DNA of 64,000 nt from Bacteroidota bacterium (GTDB lineage: Bacteria > Bacteroidota > Ignavibacteria > SZUA-365). Of this stretch, positions 38,764 to 48,327 are shown piece by piece. Under the pieces are notes generated by a model. The model did not search any database and was not told the origin of the DNA. It saw only the letters and a list, made by a program, of their open reading frames with translations. Each line of letters starts with the position of its first letter. Position 1 is the first letter of the stretch. Position numbers and translations under genes: made by a program. The stretch covers positions 1,098-65,097 of the forward strand of contig JARYLZ010000008.1 of assembly GCA_029907355.1 (NCBI GenBank), in the 5' to 3' direction.

Positions 38764-39678
38764 TCACCGGATGAGGAACGGCGTCACCCATTGCAGGCGG
38801 ATATCGGCGAGGTAGTGGATGAGCATCGCACGGAACACCGTCGCCTCGGGGGCGGCTTGCATCGCTTCGCGGTATGCATGGAACGCTTCCTGCCGCAGGT
38901 TTCTCCCCTCGTATACTGCCGCCTTGAGAAGTGCTCCGATAACCGTGTCGTCCGCGCCCGGCATGCGCCCCAGCGCTTCGATCTCCGCTTCGACGGCCTG
39001 GATGGTATCCGCTTCGAGAACGTGGAACGAACAGATGTTGCTCGTCTCGCCGTCCCGGAGACGGACCACCTGCCAGTGATACCGTTTCCCCCGATCGAGC
39101 AGCGAATCCCCCCGGCCGGAGGCATACAGCCCGCCGGGGAAGACGAACCTACCGAGCAACGAGAAATCCTCGCGGAGAAGGATGCATTCATACACGCCCG
39201 CCGTATCCGTGTCCACCCATTCGAAGGTCGGGCGTCTCGAGAGCGTCGTGCCTTCCGGGAACAGCGCTTCGAAAACGGATGCCGCGCGGACGCCGGCCTC
39301 CACACCGGCTCTCGCACTCCCGGCCCTGCCGATACGTCTCTCCAATGCGCGAAGCACCCGCGCTTCTTCCCCTCCGACGCCGAAGTCGTGGGCCGTCTCA
39401 AGGTCCGCGAGGCGGCGCGAGGTGCGTTCTTCGATGGCGACAAGGCGGCACCCGCCGACGAGGAGTTTCACGGAACTCCCGTACCCGGTCCGCATCCTCG
39501 TGCCCGGCCCGAAGCGGTCCCCGACGTGCACCACCCTCGCCTTCGAGCCCGGCATAGTTGTCGCCGTGACCTTGCCGCGCACGCTCACGACGAGGAATGA
39601 GTCCTGCGGTGGTGCAACCGGGCTGTCGGGGCGGAACACAGCCGCCGCGACGAGAACGCAGGACAGCGGGAGAGTCAT
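38764..39678 (-). CDS. Paralog of 37454..38368 (FecR-like/DUF928-like exported protein)
   Basis: Co-linear motifs QDSFLVVSVRGKV, PTFEWVDTD, YHWQV.RL.DGE.SNI and AF.AYRE. The start overlaps the CHASE2 stop. Confidence 0.6.
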   Translation of the reverse strand: MTLPLSCVLVAAAVFRPDSPVAPPQDSFLVVSVRGKVTATTMPGSKARVVHVGDRFGPGTRMRTGYGSSVKLLVGGCRLVAIEERTSRRLADLETAHDFGVGGEEARVLRALERRIGRAGSARAGVEAGVRAASVFEALFPEGTTLSRRPTFEWVDTDTAGVYECILLREDFSLLGRFVFPGGLYASGRGDSLLDRGKRYHWQVVRLRDGETSNICSFHVLEADTIQAVEAEIEALGRMPGADDTVIGALLKAAVYEGRNLRQEAFHAYREAMQAAPEATVFRAMLIHYLADIRLQWVTPFLIR

Positions 39679-41762
39679 GCGTCGCTCGCCCGTGTGAACG
39701 CTGCGATGCGGGTCCCTTCGGACAGGCGTTCGAGCATTCGGATGACGCGGTCCGGGAGCACGGGTTCGCACGCGACGGTGTCCCCCGCGTAGATGGGGAA
39801 AGGGGGCAATGCGAATTGCCGCGGCACGCGCCCGTGGAAAACGAAGAGTTCTTCGCGCCGGTGCAGTTTACACTCCCCGATGACGCAGAACGGTTCGAGC
39901 GGGAGTGCGCCGTCGGTCCGCGGCCCACCGACGGCATGGGTATCGCCGGGAACAGCCGCCTCGACCGTCGTCGCGAGAGGGATGCCGCCCGGGTAGGTGA
40001 CAAGCAAAGTTTTGCCGTCTTCGATCTTCGGCCGCACGATAGTGCTCGCGAGGTACGGCCGAAGCGTTTTGAAGAACATTCTGAGGATATGCGGGAGGAG
40101 AATCTCCCATTCCTCGAAGTAGAAGAACTCGTTGTAACGCGGGGATTGTGTGGAGAGCAACAGGTCGCGCACACTGCACTCGCGCATGAACTGCCGCTTT
40201 CGACCCTCGAGGAACTGGAGGAAATACCGGCGATGCATTGCGCCTGTTTCCCCGCTCGAGAAACAGTCTTCGATCTCCGGAATGAGCGCGCGCCATGTTT
40301 CCACCGTGGGGTTTTCCCATGACGGCGGCAAGGGGACGCCGTCCCGGAGACACGAAGCCGCACGGACGGCAAACGCGTATTGAATCAGCGATTGCGCCGC
40401 GTGGAGCGTCCTGATGTGAGCGGGGAAAGAGTCGGGGTCTTCGAACGCTTCGTGCAGGCGGCGGGCGACGGGGTGACTTGTCTTCCGGAGCAATGCCGCC
40501 GCGCGGGCGCGGAGGAGGCGGAAACGGAGCGTGTTCGTGAGCGCGTTCGCCGGGATGAAAAGCAGGACAGCGGTGGCGGAGAGGTTGTATGCGATCTTGA
40601 CGTGGAAGAAGAAAAACGCGATGATCGGGAGGAAGAACACGATGATCGTCTCGATGACCAGTGTCGCGGAAATGAGGGTCGCCAGGCCGGCCCGGGATGT
40701 CGTCTTGGTCCTCAGCACGCGGTACAGGGCGATGCTCAGGTAGGAAAGGACGAATGGGATCGCCCAATCGACGAGGGGAGGGACGGAACGGATGAATCGG
40801 TGCTTGAGAACCATGTCGACGATATTCGCATGGATCACGATCCCCGACATGTCCGGCCCCTTCAGGCCGACCTTCCTCCCGAGCGGCGTTTCGTGCGTGT
40901 CCAAGAGGAAAGAAAACCCTTCGTCGTTCACGTAACCGACGAGTACGATGGACCCCTCGAACATGCGCCGGTAGACGGCATCCAACGCCGGCGGGGCTGC
41001 GAGCACGTCGTCGATCGCGAGCGGCACGAACTGCTGGTATTCCTGTCCGCCGTAGCGGGGCAGGTACGTGCCCGAATAGTGGATGATCTGGGGCTGTTCC
41101 CCTTCCGCGAGGATCGGGGAAACCAACGCGCTGTCGTACAGCGCCACTACTTGGATCGCGAGCGAGAGCACGCGCTTGCCTTCGATCGTCCGGTACGGCC
41201 AGAAGCGGCGCACGACGCCGTCGTCGTCCCGGATCATATTCGCGTATCCCGTCACGGGGTGGACGGAATCGATTCTCGGGTCGAGCGTGATGCTGGGCTT
41301 GAGCGTAGCGGCATCGAAGCCGGTCGCGAGGACGACGTTCCGGTTGTCGCGCAATGCCGCTGCGAGGGAGTCGATCTCGGCCAGCCGGTCCTCCGGGTAG
41401 AGGTCGACGTGTTCACGGTCGAAGAAGACGTCGATCCCGATGACGCGGGCGCCGTAGGCGTTCAGCTTCCGGATCAGCCGCGCGATTTTCCCGTCGGGCA
41501 CGGGGGCGACGTCGCGGATGTTCAGGAGGCGTATGCGCGGATCGGCGTACTCCATGTCCTTGATCGCGAATATCGCGTCGAGGCTCACGTCCTCGATGTT
41601 CAGGAAATCGATGCGGTCGAAGATGGGGTTCAGGAACGAGGTCTCGTCCGCCTCGGGCAGATTGTCCGAGAGGAAACCGAGCGCCGCTATCATCAGGAGA
41701 ACGAGCACCGATGCCACCGCGTACTCGATGTTCAGGAAATATCGGAGGAACGCCTTTTTCAT
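39675..41762 (-). CDS. CHASE2-domain membrane receptor with unrecognised cytoplasmic domain
   Basis: N-terminal TM; GARVIGIDVFF, DDDGVVRR, IVLVG, D.H.TP and MSGIVIHANIV CHASE2 motifs; three TM helices; about 280-aa tail. Confidence 0.85.
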   Translation of the reverse strand: MKKAFLRYFLNIEYAVASVLVLLMIAALGFLSDNLPEADETSFLNPIFDRIDFLNIEDVSLDAIFAIKDMEYADPRIRLLNIRDVAPVPDGKIARLIRKLNAYGARVIGIDVFFDREHVDLYPEDRLAEIDSLAAALRDNRNVVLATGFDAATLKPSITLDPRIDSVHPVTGYANMIRDDDGVVRRFWPYRTIEGKRVLSLAIQVVALYDSALVSPILAEGEQPQIIHYSGTYLPRYGGQEYQQFVPLAIDDVLAAPPALDAVYRRMFEGSIVLVGYVNDEGFSFLLDTHETPLGRKVGLKGPDMSGIVIHANIVDMVLKHRFIRSVPPLVDWAIPFVLSYLSIALYRVLRTKTTSRAGLATLISATLVIETIIVFFLPIIAFFFFHVKIAYNLSATAVLLFIPANALTNTLRFRLLRARAAALLRKTSHPVARRLHEAFEDPDSFPAHIRTLHAAQSLIQYAFAVRAASCLRDGVPLPPSWENPTVETWRALIPEIEDCFSSGETGAMHRRYFLQFLEGRKRQFMRECSVRDLLLSTQSPRYNEFFYFEEWEILLPHILRMFFKTLRPYLASTIVRPKIEDGKTLLVTYPGGIPLATTVEAAVPGDTHAVGGPRTDGALPLEPFCVIGECKLHRREELFVFHGRVPRQFALPPFPIYAGDTVACEPVLPDRVIRMLERLSEGTRIAAFTRASDA

Positions 41763-41842
41763 CCTCTGCCGGGCAGGGGTTGATTCGTGCGGTCAAACTA
41801 TCGGAAAGAGCGCCGAAAATCAATGCGGCAGCGAACCGGTGC

Positions 41843-44800
41843 TCAACGGTCGGAGAGGTCGAAACCGAAGAGAACGCCCACGTACCATTTCCATTCCTTC
41901 CCGTACGTGACGGGCCGGAAATCGAAGGAGCGCGTGAACGGCGTGAGACCGTACGCCCCGCTGAAGAACACCCGTGTCGGGTAGAGCGAGAACGAGAATG
42001 ACTCGAGGCGCAATTCGAATCCGACATCCTGCTTGACGTTCCGGATCGTCAGCTCTTCGGACCGCATGGCCGCATCCCCCGCATCGTAGAACACGCCGCC
42101 GTAGAGTTTATCGAAGAGGATGTGCCCGACACGGAAATCCATGCTCGGGATGATGGGGAACCGGTACGTGACGCCGACATGGTACAGCTCGTTCCCGCCG
42201 AGGGCATAGTACGTGTACCCTTGCATGCCGGTGATCCCCCCGCCGTAGAAGTTGAAGAACTCGTCGACGGGTTCGCCGAGAATCGTGCCGGCGCGGAGAC
42301 GCAGCGAAAACGTGTGCGACAGACCGGGGATGCGGGTCGCTGCCGTCATCGTCCCCTCCAGCCGATGGAACGTATAACGCGTGTACCGGGGCACGAGCAT
42401 CCCCGTCGACGCATCGTAATCGTAATCCCCGTTCGGGTTGAACCGGTTGAACTCGAAATCGTAATAGAAACCGACGCGAATGCCTGTGGGGTTGATTTCG
42501 GCGTCGCGGGTCGGGTTGACGTCGTGGTGGCGAATCGCGACATGGAGATTGTTCCCGATCAGGTACAGGTTGTCGCGTGCGGCCACGAGCTGGTCGGTGT
42601 CGGGGTTCCGGAAACTCCCGATCGTGCTCGTGTAACGGCTGTGGCGGTACCCGGCCTCCAGCCGCGTCTTATTGGAGAACAGGTTGTGCCGCACCGTCAC
42701 GGCGAATTCCAGCAGGTTGAACGACACGCCCACGGACATCGTGTCGAGCGGCAACGCGAGGATCGACGTGGTTTTCCGCGTGACGTTCGCGATGTCGAAC
42801 GACAGGTCGGGGTAAATGCCCAGGGACCCGAGCAGGGGCAGGCGGTCGCGGTAGGTGAACGAGGCGAAGAGATCGCGTTCGAGCCTGCTGTTGACCGCCG
42901 CACTCCCCATCATCTCGATCCGTCCGAGGATGTCACTGGAGAAGAACATCACACCCGGCTTGAGGAACTGGAGGCCGCGGTTGTCGGGATTGTACGTGTC
43001 GACGCGGAGGAAGGGGAAGAGCATCATGCTCTGGAAAATGTTCCGGTACGGTCTGGCCGTCGTCTCGGGCAGGCGCGTGTCGTCGAAATCCCGAAGCGCT
43101 TCCCAGTCCCATTCCTCGTCTCGGTTCAATGGGGGGACGAGCGGTGATTCGGGGATGTAGTCGCCGATTTCACCGCGGAGAGGCTCCGCGCTCTCGAGGA
43201 GGGCGAGTTTGTAGCCGTCTGCCGTGTACATCGCATACGCGACGGACCCCGACGCGTCCACCGACGGCATGAATGCGCCGCCGATACAGTTCGTGACCTG
43301 CTCGACGGTCCCCGTCGCCGACTCGTAGCGGTATACGTTGAAAATCCCCGTTCGATCCGAGACGTAGTACAGATACCGGCCGTCCGGGCTGTACGTAGGA
43401 TCGCGGAAATCCGCTGTGACGCCCGAGATGAATTCCCGGAAATTGTTCCCGTCGGCGTCGACTCGCGCGATGCGCCGCCGGCCGCGGTCCGCGTACCCGA
43501 AGACGAGATGGGAACCGTCCGGGGCCCACGCGGGGGTGAATACCTGTTCCCCGTTCGCGAACGCCGTGAGGGGGCGTATGTTCCCCCCATCCGCATCGAC
43601 GAGGCAGACGTTCATCGTGCCGTCTTTCGTCGTCACGAATGCGATGCTCTTCCCGTCCGGGGAACAGGCGGGGTTCGAGGCGCGCAAACCGTGCGTCAGC
43701 CTGCGCTCCGACCGTGAGGCGACATCGTATTCGTAGAGGTCGGTGAAGAGATGCCCGTACACCGACGGCGTGTTGTACCTGCCGTAGACGATCTTCTTCC
43801 CGTCCGGTGACCATGACAACGTCGACCGCACGCCTCCGGCGACCGCTTCCTCCGTGCCGGTGCGCCGATCGTACAGGTACACGCCCGCACGGCTGAAGAA
43901 GTCTTCGTCCTTGGTGGAAAGGTAGGCGATGCGCGATCCGTCGGGGGAAAAGGCCGGGTGGAGGTTCCCGAAACCCTTCGCGCCGATCACGCGCCCTTCC
44001 CTGCGGGTGCGGAGAACGGGCTCGATGCGGCGCGCGTAATCCTCCCGGAGATGCGAGCGCCATGCGCGGTACAGCGAGTCGCCGCTGATCCCGAGAACGC
44101 GCCCGATGGCCGCATCGACGGTGAAGACGAACGGTTCCGACAGGGCGCGCGTGATGGCCGGGAGAGCGTTCCTGCCGTACGTCGCGGCGATGAAGCGCGT
44201 CAGGTTGTACCCCGCGTTGTACACGCTTTCGTTGCCGAGGCTCGTCTTCCCGAAAGCGCTCATCTCCGGCCAGCTCAGCATCGAGTCGGAAAGCACGTAA
44301 CAGCGGAGGATCATGTCCCGGTGGCTGTCCCAGTGCTCGTAACCGAATTCCGGCCTCTGGTACTGCGCCGTCCCCTCGGCCAGCCAGGGGGGGACGACGA
44401 CGCCCGGAATGGGGTAGGAAACGAGCAGGTTCGGGAAGCCATACAACACGTCCTTCCTTCGCTCCTCCTCGTACCCGAACCATTGCAGAGTCATCGCGGG
44501 AACACGCCGTCCCCATTTCATCGCGGCCTGGAGCTGGATGATATGGGTGTACTCGTGGGGAATGACGTTCCGCAGCCAGTTGTGCGTCCCCCGCAGCTCG
44601 AAATCCAGCGGCGACGCCCAAATCTCGATCTTGTTGTTGAAGAAGTAAGCAGCCCCGTTCGAGTAATCGCTGATATCCTTGATGAAGATATGGACCTTCG
44701 TGTCCGGCACATGGCCGTACAGAGCCGTGATGGGACCGTGGATCTCCTCCGCGATTTTCGCGGCCGCCCGTGCGGTGCGTTCCGCGCCCTCGTGGTAACT

Positions 44801-44995
44801 CACCGTGAAATGTTTCGTCTCGATCGTGTACCAGCGGAATTCCGGAGCCGAATACTGGTCGGGTTGCGCGGCGAGGGGGAGGGACACGCCACACAACAAA
44901 GCCACGACCGCGCCCGCCCACCGCGCGGCGGGAGAACTCTGCCTTGCCCCTCTGCGTCCGCGATACGATGTGCGCCCCGTGGGTAGCCCTCTCAT
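41843..44995 (-). CDS. Exported protein with HExxH gluzincin-like peptidase domain, TolB/PD40 repeats and C-terminal Omp85/BamA-like barrel
   Basis: HEYTH...WLAEG; repeated P(A)(F/W)SPDG; ending DVGFELRL...WYVGVLFGF. The start overlaps the upstream stop. Confidence 0.75.
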   Translation of the reverse strand: MRGLPTGRTSYRGRRGARQSSPAARWAGAVVALLCGVSLPLAAQPDQYSAPEFRWYTIETKHFTVSYHEGAERTARAAAKIAEEIHGPITALYGHVPDTKVHIFIKDISDYSNGAAYFFNNKIEIWASPLDFELRGTHNWLRNVIPHEYTHIIQLQAAMKWGRRVPAMTLQWFGYEEERRKDVLYGFPNLLVSYPIPGVVVPPWLAEGTAQYQRPEFGYEHWDSHRDMILRCYVLSDSMLSWPEMSAFGKTSLGNESVYNAGYNLTRFIAATYGRNALPAITRALSEPFVFTVDAAIGRVLGISGDSLYRAWRSHLREDYARRIEPVLRTRREGRVIGAKGFGNLHPAFSPDGSRIAYLSTKDEDFFSRAGVYLYDRRTGTEEAVAGGVRSTLSWSPDGKKIVYGRYNTPSVYGHLFTDLYEYDVASRSERRLTHGLRASNPACSPDGKSIAFVTTKDGTMNVCLVDADGGNIRPLTAFANGEQVFTPAWAPDGSHLVFGYADRGRRRIARVDADGNNFREFISGVTADFRDPTYSPDGRYLYYVSDRTGIFNVYRYESATGTVEQVTNCIGGAFMPSVDASGSVAYAMYTADGYKLALLESAEPLRGEIGDYIPESPLVPPLNRDEEWDWEALRDFDDTRLPETTARPYRNIFQSMMLFPFLRVDTYNPDNRGLQFLKPGVMFFSSDILGRIEMMGSAAVNSRLERDLFASFTYRDRLPLLGSLGIYPDLSFDIANVTRKTTSILALPLDTMSVGVSFNLLEFAVTVRHNLFSNKTRLEAGYRHSRYTSTIGSFRNPDTDQLVAARDNLYLIGNNLHVAIRHHDVNPTRDAEINPTGIRVGFYYDFEFNRFNPNGDYDYDASTGMLVPRYTRYTFHRLEGTMTAATRIPGLSHTFSLRLRAGTILGEPVDEFFNFYGGGITGMQGYTYYALGGNELYHVGVTYRFPIIPSMDFRVGHILFDKLYGGVFYDAGDAAMRSEELTIRNVKQDVGFELRLESFSFSLYPTRVFFSGAYGLTPFTRSFDFRPVTYGKEWKWYVGVLFGFDLSDR

Positions 44996-47900
44996 TTCAC
45001 CACGGCGATCTTGATGATTTTCTCCCCGCTCCCCCCTGCACCGACCGCCTTGACGTGTCCGAGATAGACGCCGCTCTCGACGGAGGAAACGTCCCAGTCG
45101 ACCTCGTTGTCGAGTCCTCCCATCGCGCGCGCAGCGAGACGCGCCACCCGAACGCCGGACTGGTCGTAGATGTTCACTGTGACGTCCGCGTCCGTGGACA
45201 CGTAGAAACGGATTTTCGTGACGGCATCGTAGACGGGGTTCGGCCAATTGTAACACCGCTCGGCGGGAAAGAACACGTTCCGCGTGAACGGCACGGCTCC
45301 GGAATGCTCAGCCCGGTTGGTGTGGCGTGAGTCCCCGTCCCTTCCTCTCCACATGAGGCCGACGTCGTGGATGACGTTCCGCGTGCGGAAGAGATACACC
45401 ATGCCGTCCGCTCCGGCGACGGCGATGCCCAGCACCGACGCGTCGTCTTCCCGCAGCGGAAGGAGCACGACCGATGCTTCCGCGGGGAGAGGAACGGGAA
45501 AGCCCTCCGCCTGCACGGCACCTGTACGGAGCTGAGAGAGGAGACCTTCCCCGACGACGAAGAGCGCGTCGCGCGTATCGCCCGCCAGCCGCGCTGCGAG
45601 CGTATACCGCGCCGGCACGTTCGTGGGGTAATGGTCCGTCGAGGAAAAAGCCGCGTTGACGGCGTGAACCGATGCGCTGTCCGCAATGAGGATGTCGCAG
45701 CGCCCGTCCCCGTCCGCATCCGCGCCCGCGAGGGCAGGGCTTGCGGACCGGATGGGAATCATCGGGCAGCCCGAAGCGTCGGCTGTTCCCTGCCCCGCGA
45801 GAACGGCCGTCAAGCTCCCGTTGAGGGAAACCCCTTCGCTGTGCCCGTCCCCGTCGATATCGGCGGTGATGCAGTTCCCCGACCGCCCTGAAGCGGCTGT
45901 AGAGCGCCGCGCCGGGTATCGAACCCTCCCGTCCGCGAGGTCCACCACGGCGCCGTTCTCGAGAAAGACCGCCGAGTCGCCGAGGAAGGCGAGAGACGTG
46001 TTTTCCCCCTCGAGCGGAATGTGCATATCGCGTGCGGGGCAATGGAGCGTGTCACCGCTCGGCCCCGTCGTGAGGTAGACGAGATCCCGCACCAGCATGA
46101 ACCAGGAAGAGCGTGCGTTCCGCACGGCCGAAAGGGGGAGGTCGATGCGCCCGAGCCCATCGAAGCGCTTGTCACCATCCCCATCCGTCGTCGAGAAGAC
46201 GACGAGTGCGAGTTCCGTGCCGTCCGTGCAGGGGACGACGAGCACAGGATGGTCGTGTGCTGTGACACGCCCGACGAGCGGTCCCCTCAAAACGCTGCGC
46301 ATGCCCGGCACTTCGGCAACGAGTGCGGTCCCGGCCCGTGGAATGAGCGGGGACGCGTCGCGGTGGAAACCGAACACGCGCACCGTGTCTCCATCCGCGT
46401 GGCATCCCGCAGCGGCGAAGATTTCCTCTCCGCCGTCGCCGTCGATGTCGTAGGTTTCGACGGAAAACCCGTCTGTCTCTCCCGTGAAATGCGGTTTGAG
46501 ATCCACCGGCCAGCCGGGTTCGAGGGAGAACGCCTCGTCCCCCAGTGCGATATCGACCGACATGACCGGGCCGGGGACGTCGAAGTTGTCCATCGTCACG
46601 TGCGTGTGTGCGCCGTTGTTCGCCCGCGTATCCGGTGCGGTCGTTGCGCCGAAACGATTCTCGTAGAGCGGCGAGATGTTCCCGCTGAACCAATAATCGA
46701 GCGGCGTGCCTTTTCCGATTTCCGACCCGAAGATCGACGCGATCGTCTCGCCGATATCCTGCGGTCCCGCCGCCTGCTCGAGGTCCACGCCGCGCCGCTT
46801 CGGGTCCGCGTTGACGGTGTTGTCCGCCATGCCGGCTTCGATGACGGTTTCATCGATGTGCCAGATGAGGATGCCGCCGCCGACGCGCACTTCCTTCCCG
46901 CCGCTGATCACCCGCCCTCCCGGCAGGCTCCAGTCGAGATCCTCGACATCGACAACGACCCCTTTCAGTGCCGACACATCGGTCTCGTTGAAGCCCGTCG
47001 TGTCCTTGGGGAAACGGAGTTCGACGTCCTGCCCCCCCACGCGCATCACGATCCGCTGCCCGTTGCCGCCGGGGTCGCGCTGCCTGTTCTCGAGCAGCCA
47101 GTACTCCGTGCCCGTTACGGGCACCCGGAGAAGATCCGGGGTAGATGGTTGGTCGGTCCTCGATGCGGTGATGGAATACGTTCGTTTCCCGGCTTCCGCT
47201 TCCCGGGGTACCGCCCACCCGAGGAATCGCTTCTCCCATGCCGATGGTGCGGGTGGACAGATCCCGTTGAAAGCGAAGATCGACTCCGTATCCATCAACC
47301 CGAACCGCCCGATCCCGGTCCTCCCGCGTTTCGTGTCGAAGAGATCCGGTAGCCCTGCATACGTGCCGAAACTCGCCGCCAACAACCCGTTGATGCTCAG
47401 CTCCCACAGGGCTTTCTGACCCGTGATGAGCGATATCTCCCGCGTTTCCGTGCACGGCATGATCGAGGTGTTCGTGATGCGGAACGTCCCTCCCTCCACA
47501 GGGATGCCGTTGAACTCCGCGCCGAAATGTTTCCGGAATTCCTCGAGCCTGAACGAGAGCGAAGGGATGTCGAACGGCGTCGGGTCCACTCCCTCGTAGC
47601 TCGCCATGTCTACGTCGCGACCCCGGCCTGCATGGAAGACGATGAACATATCCCATTGGGAGAAATCCGTTTCCGGCATCGTGCTGTCCGCCGCGGTCCA
47701 TGCGTCGAACGCCAGTTCGGCGACCGGCTTCGCGCTTTCCCCCTTTCGGTAACTGTAATCGCGGATGCGTTTCGGGACCGTGACGACCTTCTCGAGCACG
47801 TGGGAACGGACGGCGGTCCTCCCGCTCGAGGCTTTCGCGACGTAGTTTTCGAGGAAGCGGAGGTGCGCCTGGAAATACGCGCGGTCGTGGGGGTATGGGT

Positions 47901-48195
47901 CGATGATTTCCCCGCCGTAATCGTATGTGAACACCGTCCCGAACTTGCCCGTCCCGCTTGTCCTCGGATCATCGTCGCTTTGGAACTCGACCATCACCGC
48001 AAGGACGCGGACCGTATCCGGTAGTGCCCGATGCACGTTCCCGGATTCCCGTGGCGCCCCCCCACTCAGGCCGTGATCGAAGAGGGGTTTCCTCGTCGTC
48101 TCCTTCAAGCCCTGGGCTCGGGCGGGAAGCGTCAGGAGAATGGGAAACGCGAGGACGGTCCCCAGTCGGAACAGCCCTGCTCGTGTCGTCGTCAT
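44992..48195 (-). CDS. M6 (immune inhibitor A)-like metallopeptidase homolog with FG-GAP repeats and T9SS CTD; zinc motif degenerate
   Basis: VLAVMVEF, IVFHAG, GLPDLFD, IGRFGLMD, SAWEKRFLGW, EYWLLENRQ and GILIWHID motifs; DIDGDG repeats; NWPNP...SGVY...KIAVVK CTD. Confidence 0.75.
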   Translation of the reverse strand: MTTTRAGLFRLGTVLAFPILLTLPARAQGLKETTRKPLFDHGLSGGAPRESGNVHRALPDTVRVLAVMVEFQSDDDPRTSGTGKFGTVFTYDYGGEIIDPYPHDRAYFQAHLRFLENYVAKASSGRTAVRSHVLEKVVTVPKRIRDYSYRKGESAKPVAELAFDAWTAADSTMPETDFSQWDMFIVFHAGRGRDVDMASYEGVDPTPFDIPSLSFRLEEFRKHFGAEFNGIPVEGGTFRITNTSIMPCTETREISLITGQKALWELSINGLLAASFGTYAGLPDLFDTKRGRTGIGRFGLMDTESIFAFNGICPPAPSAWEKRFLGWAVPREAEAGKRTYSITASRTDQPSTPDLLRVPVTGTEYWLLENRQRDPGGNGQRIVMRVGGQDVELRFPKDTTGFNETDVSALKGVVVDVEDLDWSLPGGRVISGGKEVRVGGGILIWHIDETVIEAGMADNTVNADPKRRGVDLEQAAGPQDIGETIASIFGSEIGKGTPLDYWFSGNISPLYENRFGATTAPDTRANNGAHTHVTMDNFDVPGPVMSVDIALGDEAFSLEPGWPVDLKPHFTGETDGFSVETYDIDGDGGEEIFAAAGCHADGDTVRVFGFHRDASPLIPRAGTALVAEVPGMRSVLRGPLVGRVTAHDHPVLVVPCTDGTELALVVFSTTDGDGDKRFDGLGRIDLPLSAVRNARSSWFMLVRDLVYLTTGPSGDTLHCPARDMHIPLEGENTSLAFLGDSAVFLENGAVVDLADGRVRYPARRSTAASGRSGNCITADIDGDGHSEGVSLNGSLTAVLAGQGTADASGCPMIPIRSASPALAGADADGDGRCDILIADSASVHAVNAAFSSTDHYPTNVPARYTLAARLAGDTRDALFVVGEGLLSQLRTGAVQAEGFPVPLPAEASVVLLPLREDDASVLGIAVAGADGMVYLFRTRNVIHDVGLMWRGRDGDSRHTNRAEHSGAVPFTRNVFFPAERCYNWPNPVYDAVTKIRFYVSTDADVTVNIYDQSGVRVARLAARAMGGLDNEVDWDVSSVESGVYLGHVKAVGAGGSGEKIIKIAVVK

Positions 48196-48327
48196 TCGCC
48201 TCTCACACGGGTGGGTGAATGGAACGCGCGAAGGGGGAAGCGGTCGGAGACGATCCCCCACGCCCCGAAACGGTGCGGGCGAAGACCGCGGGACACCTTT
48301 CCGTGCGCTCGTTCCCTGCCTGCCGCC

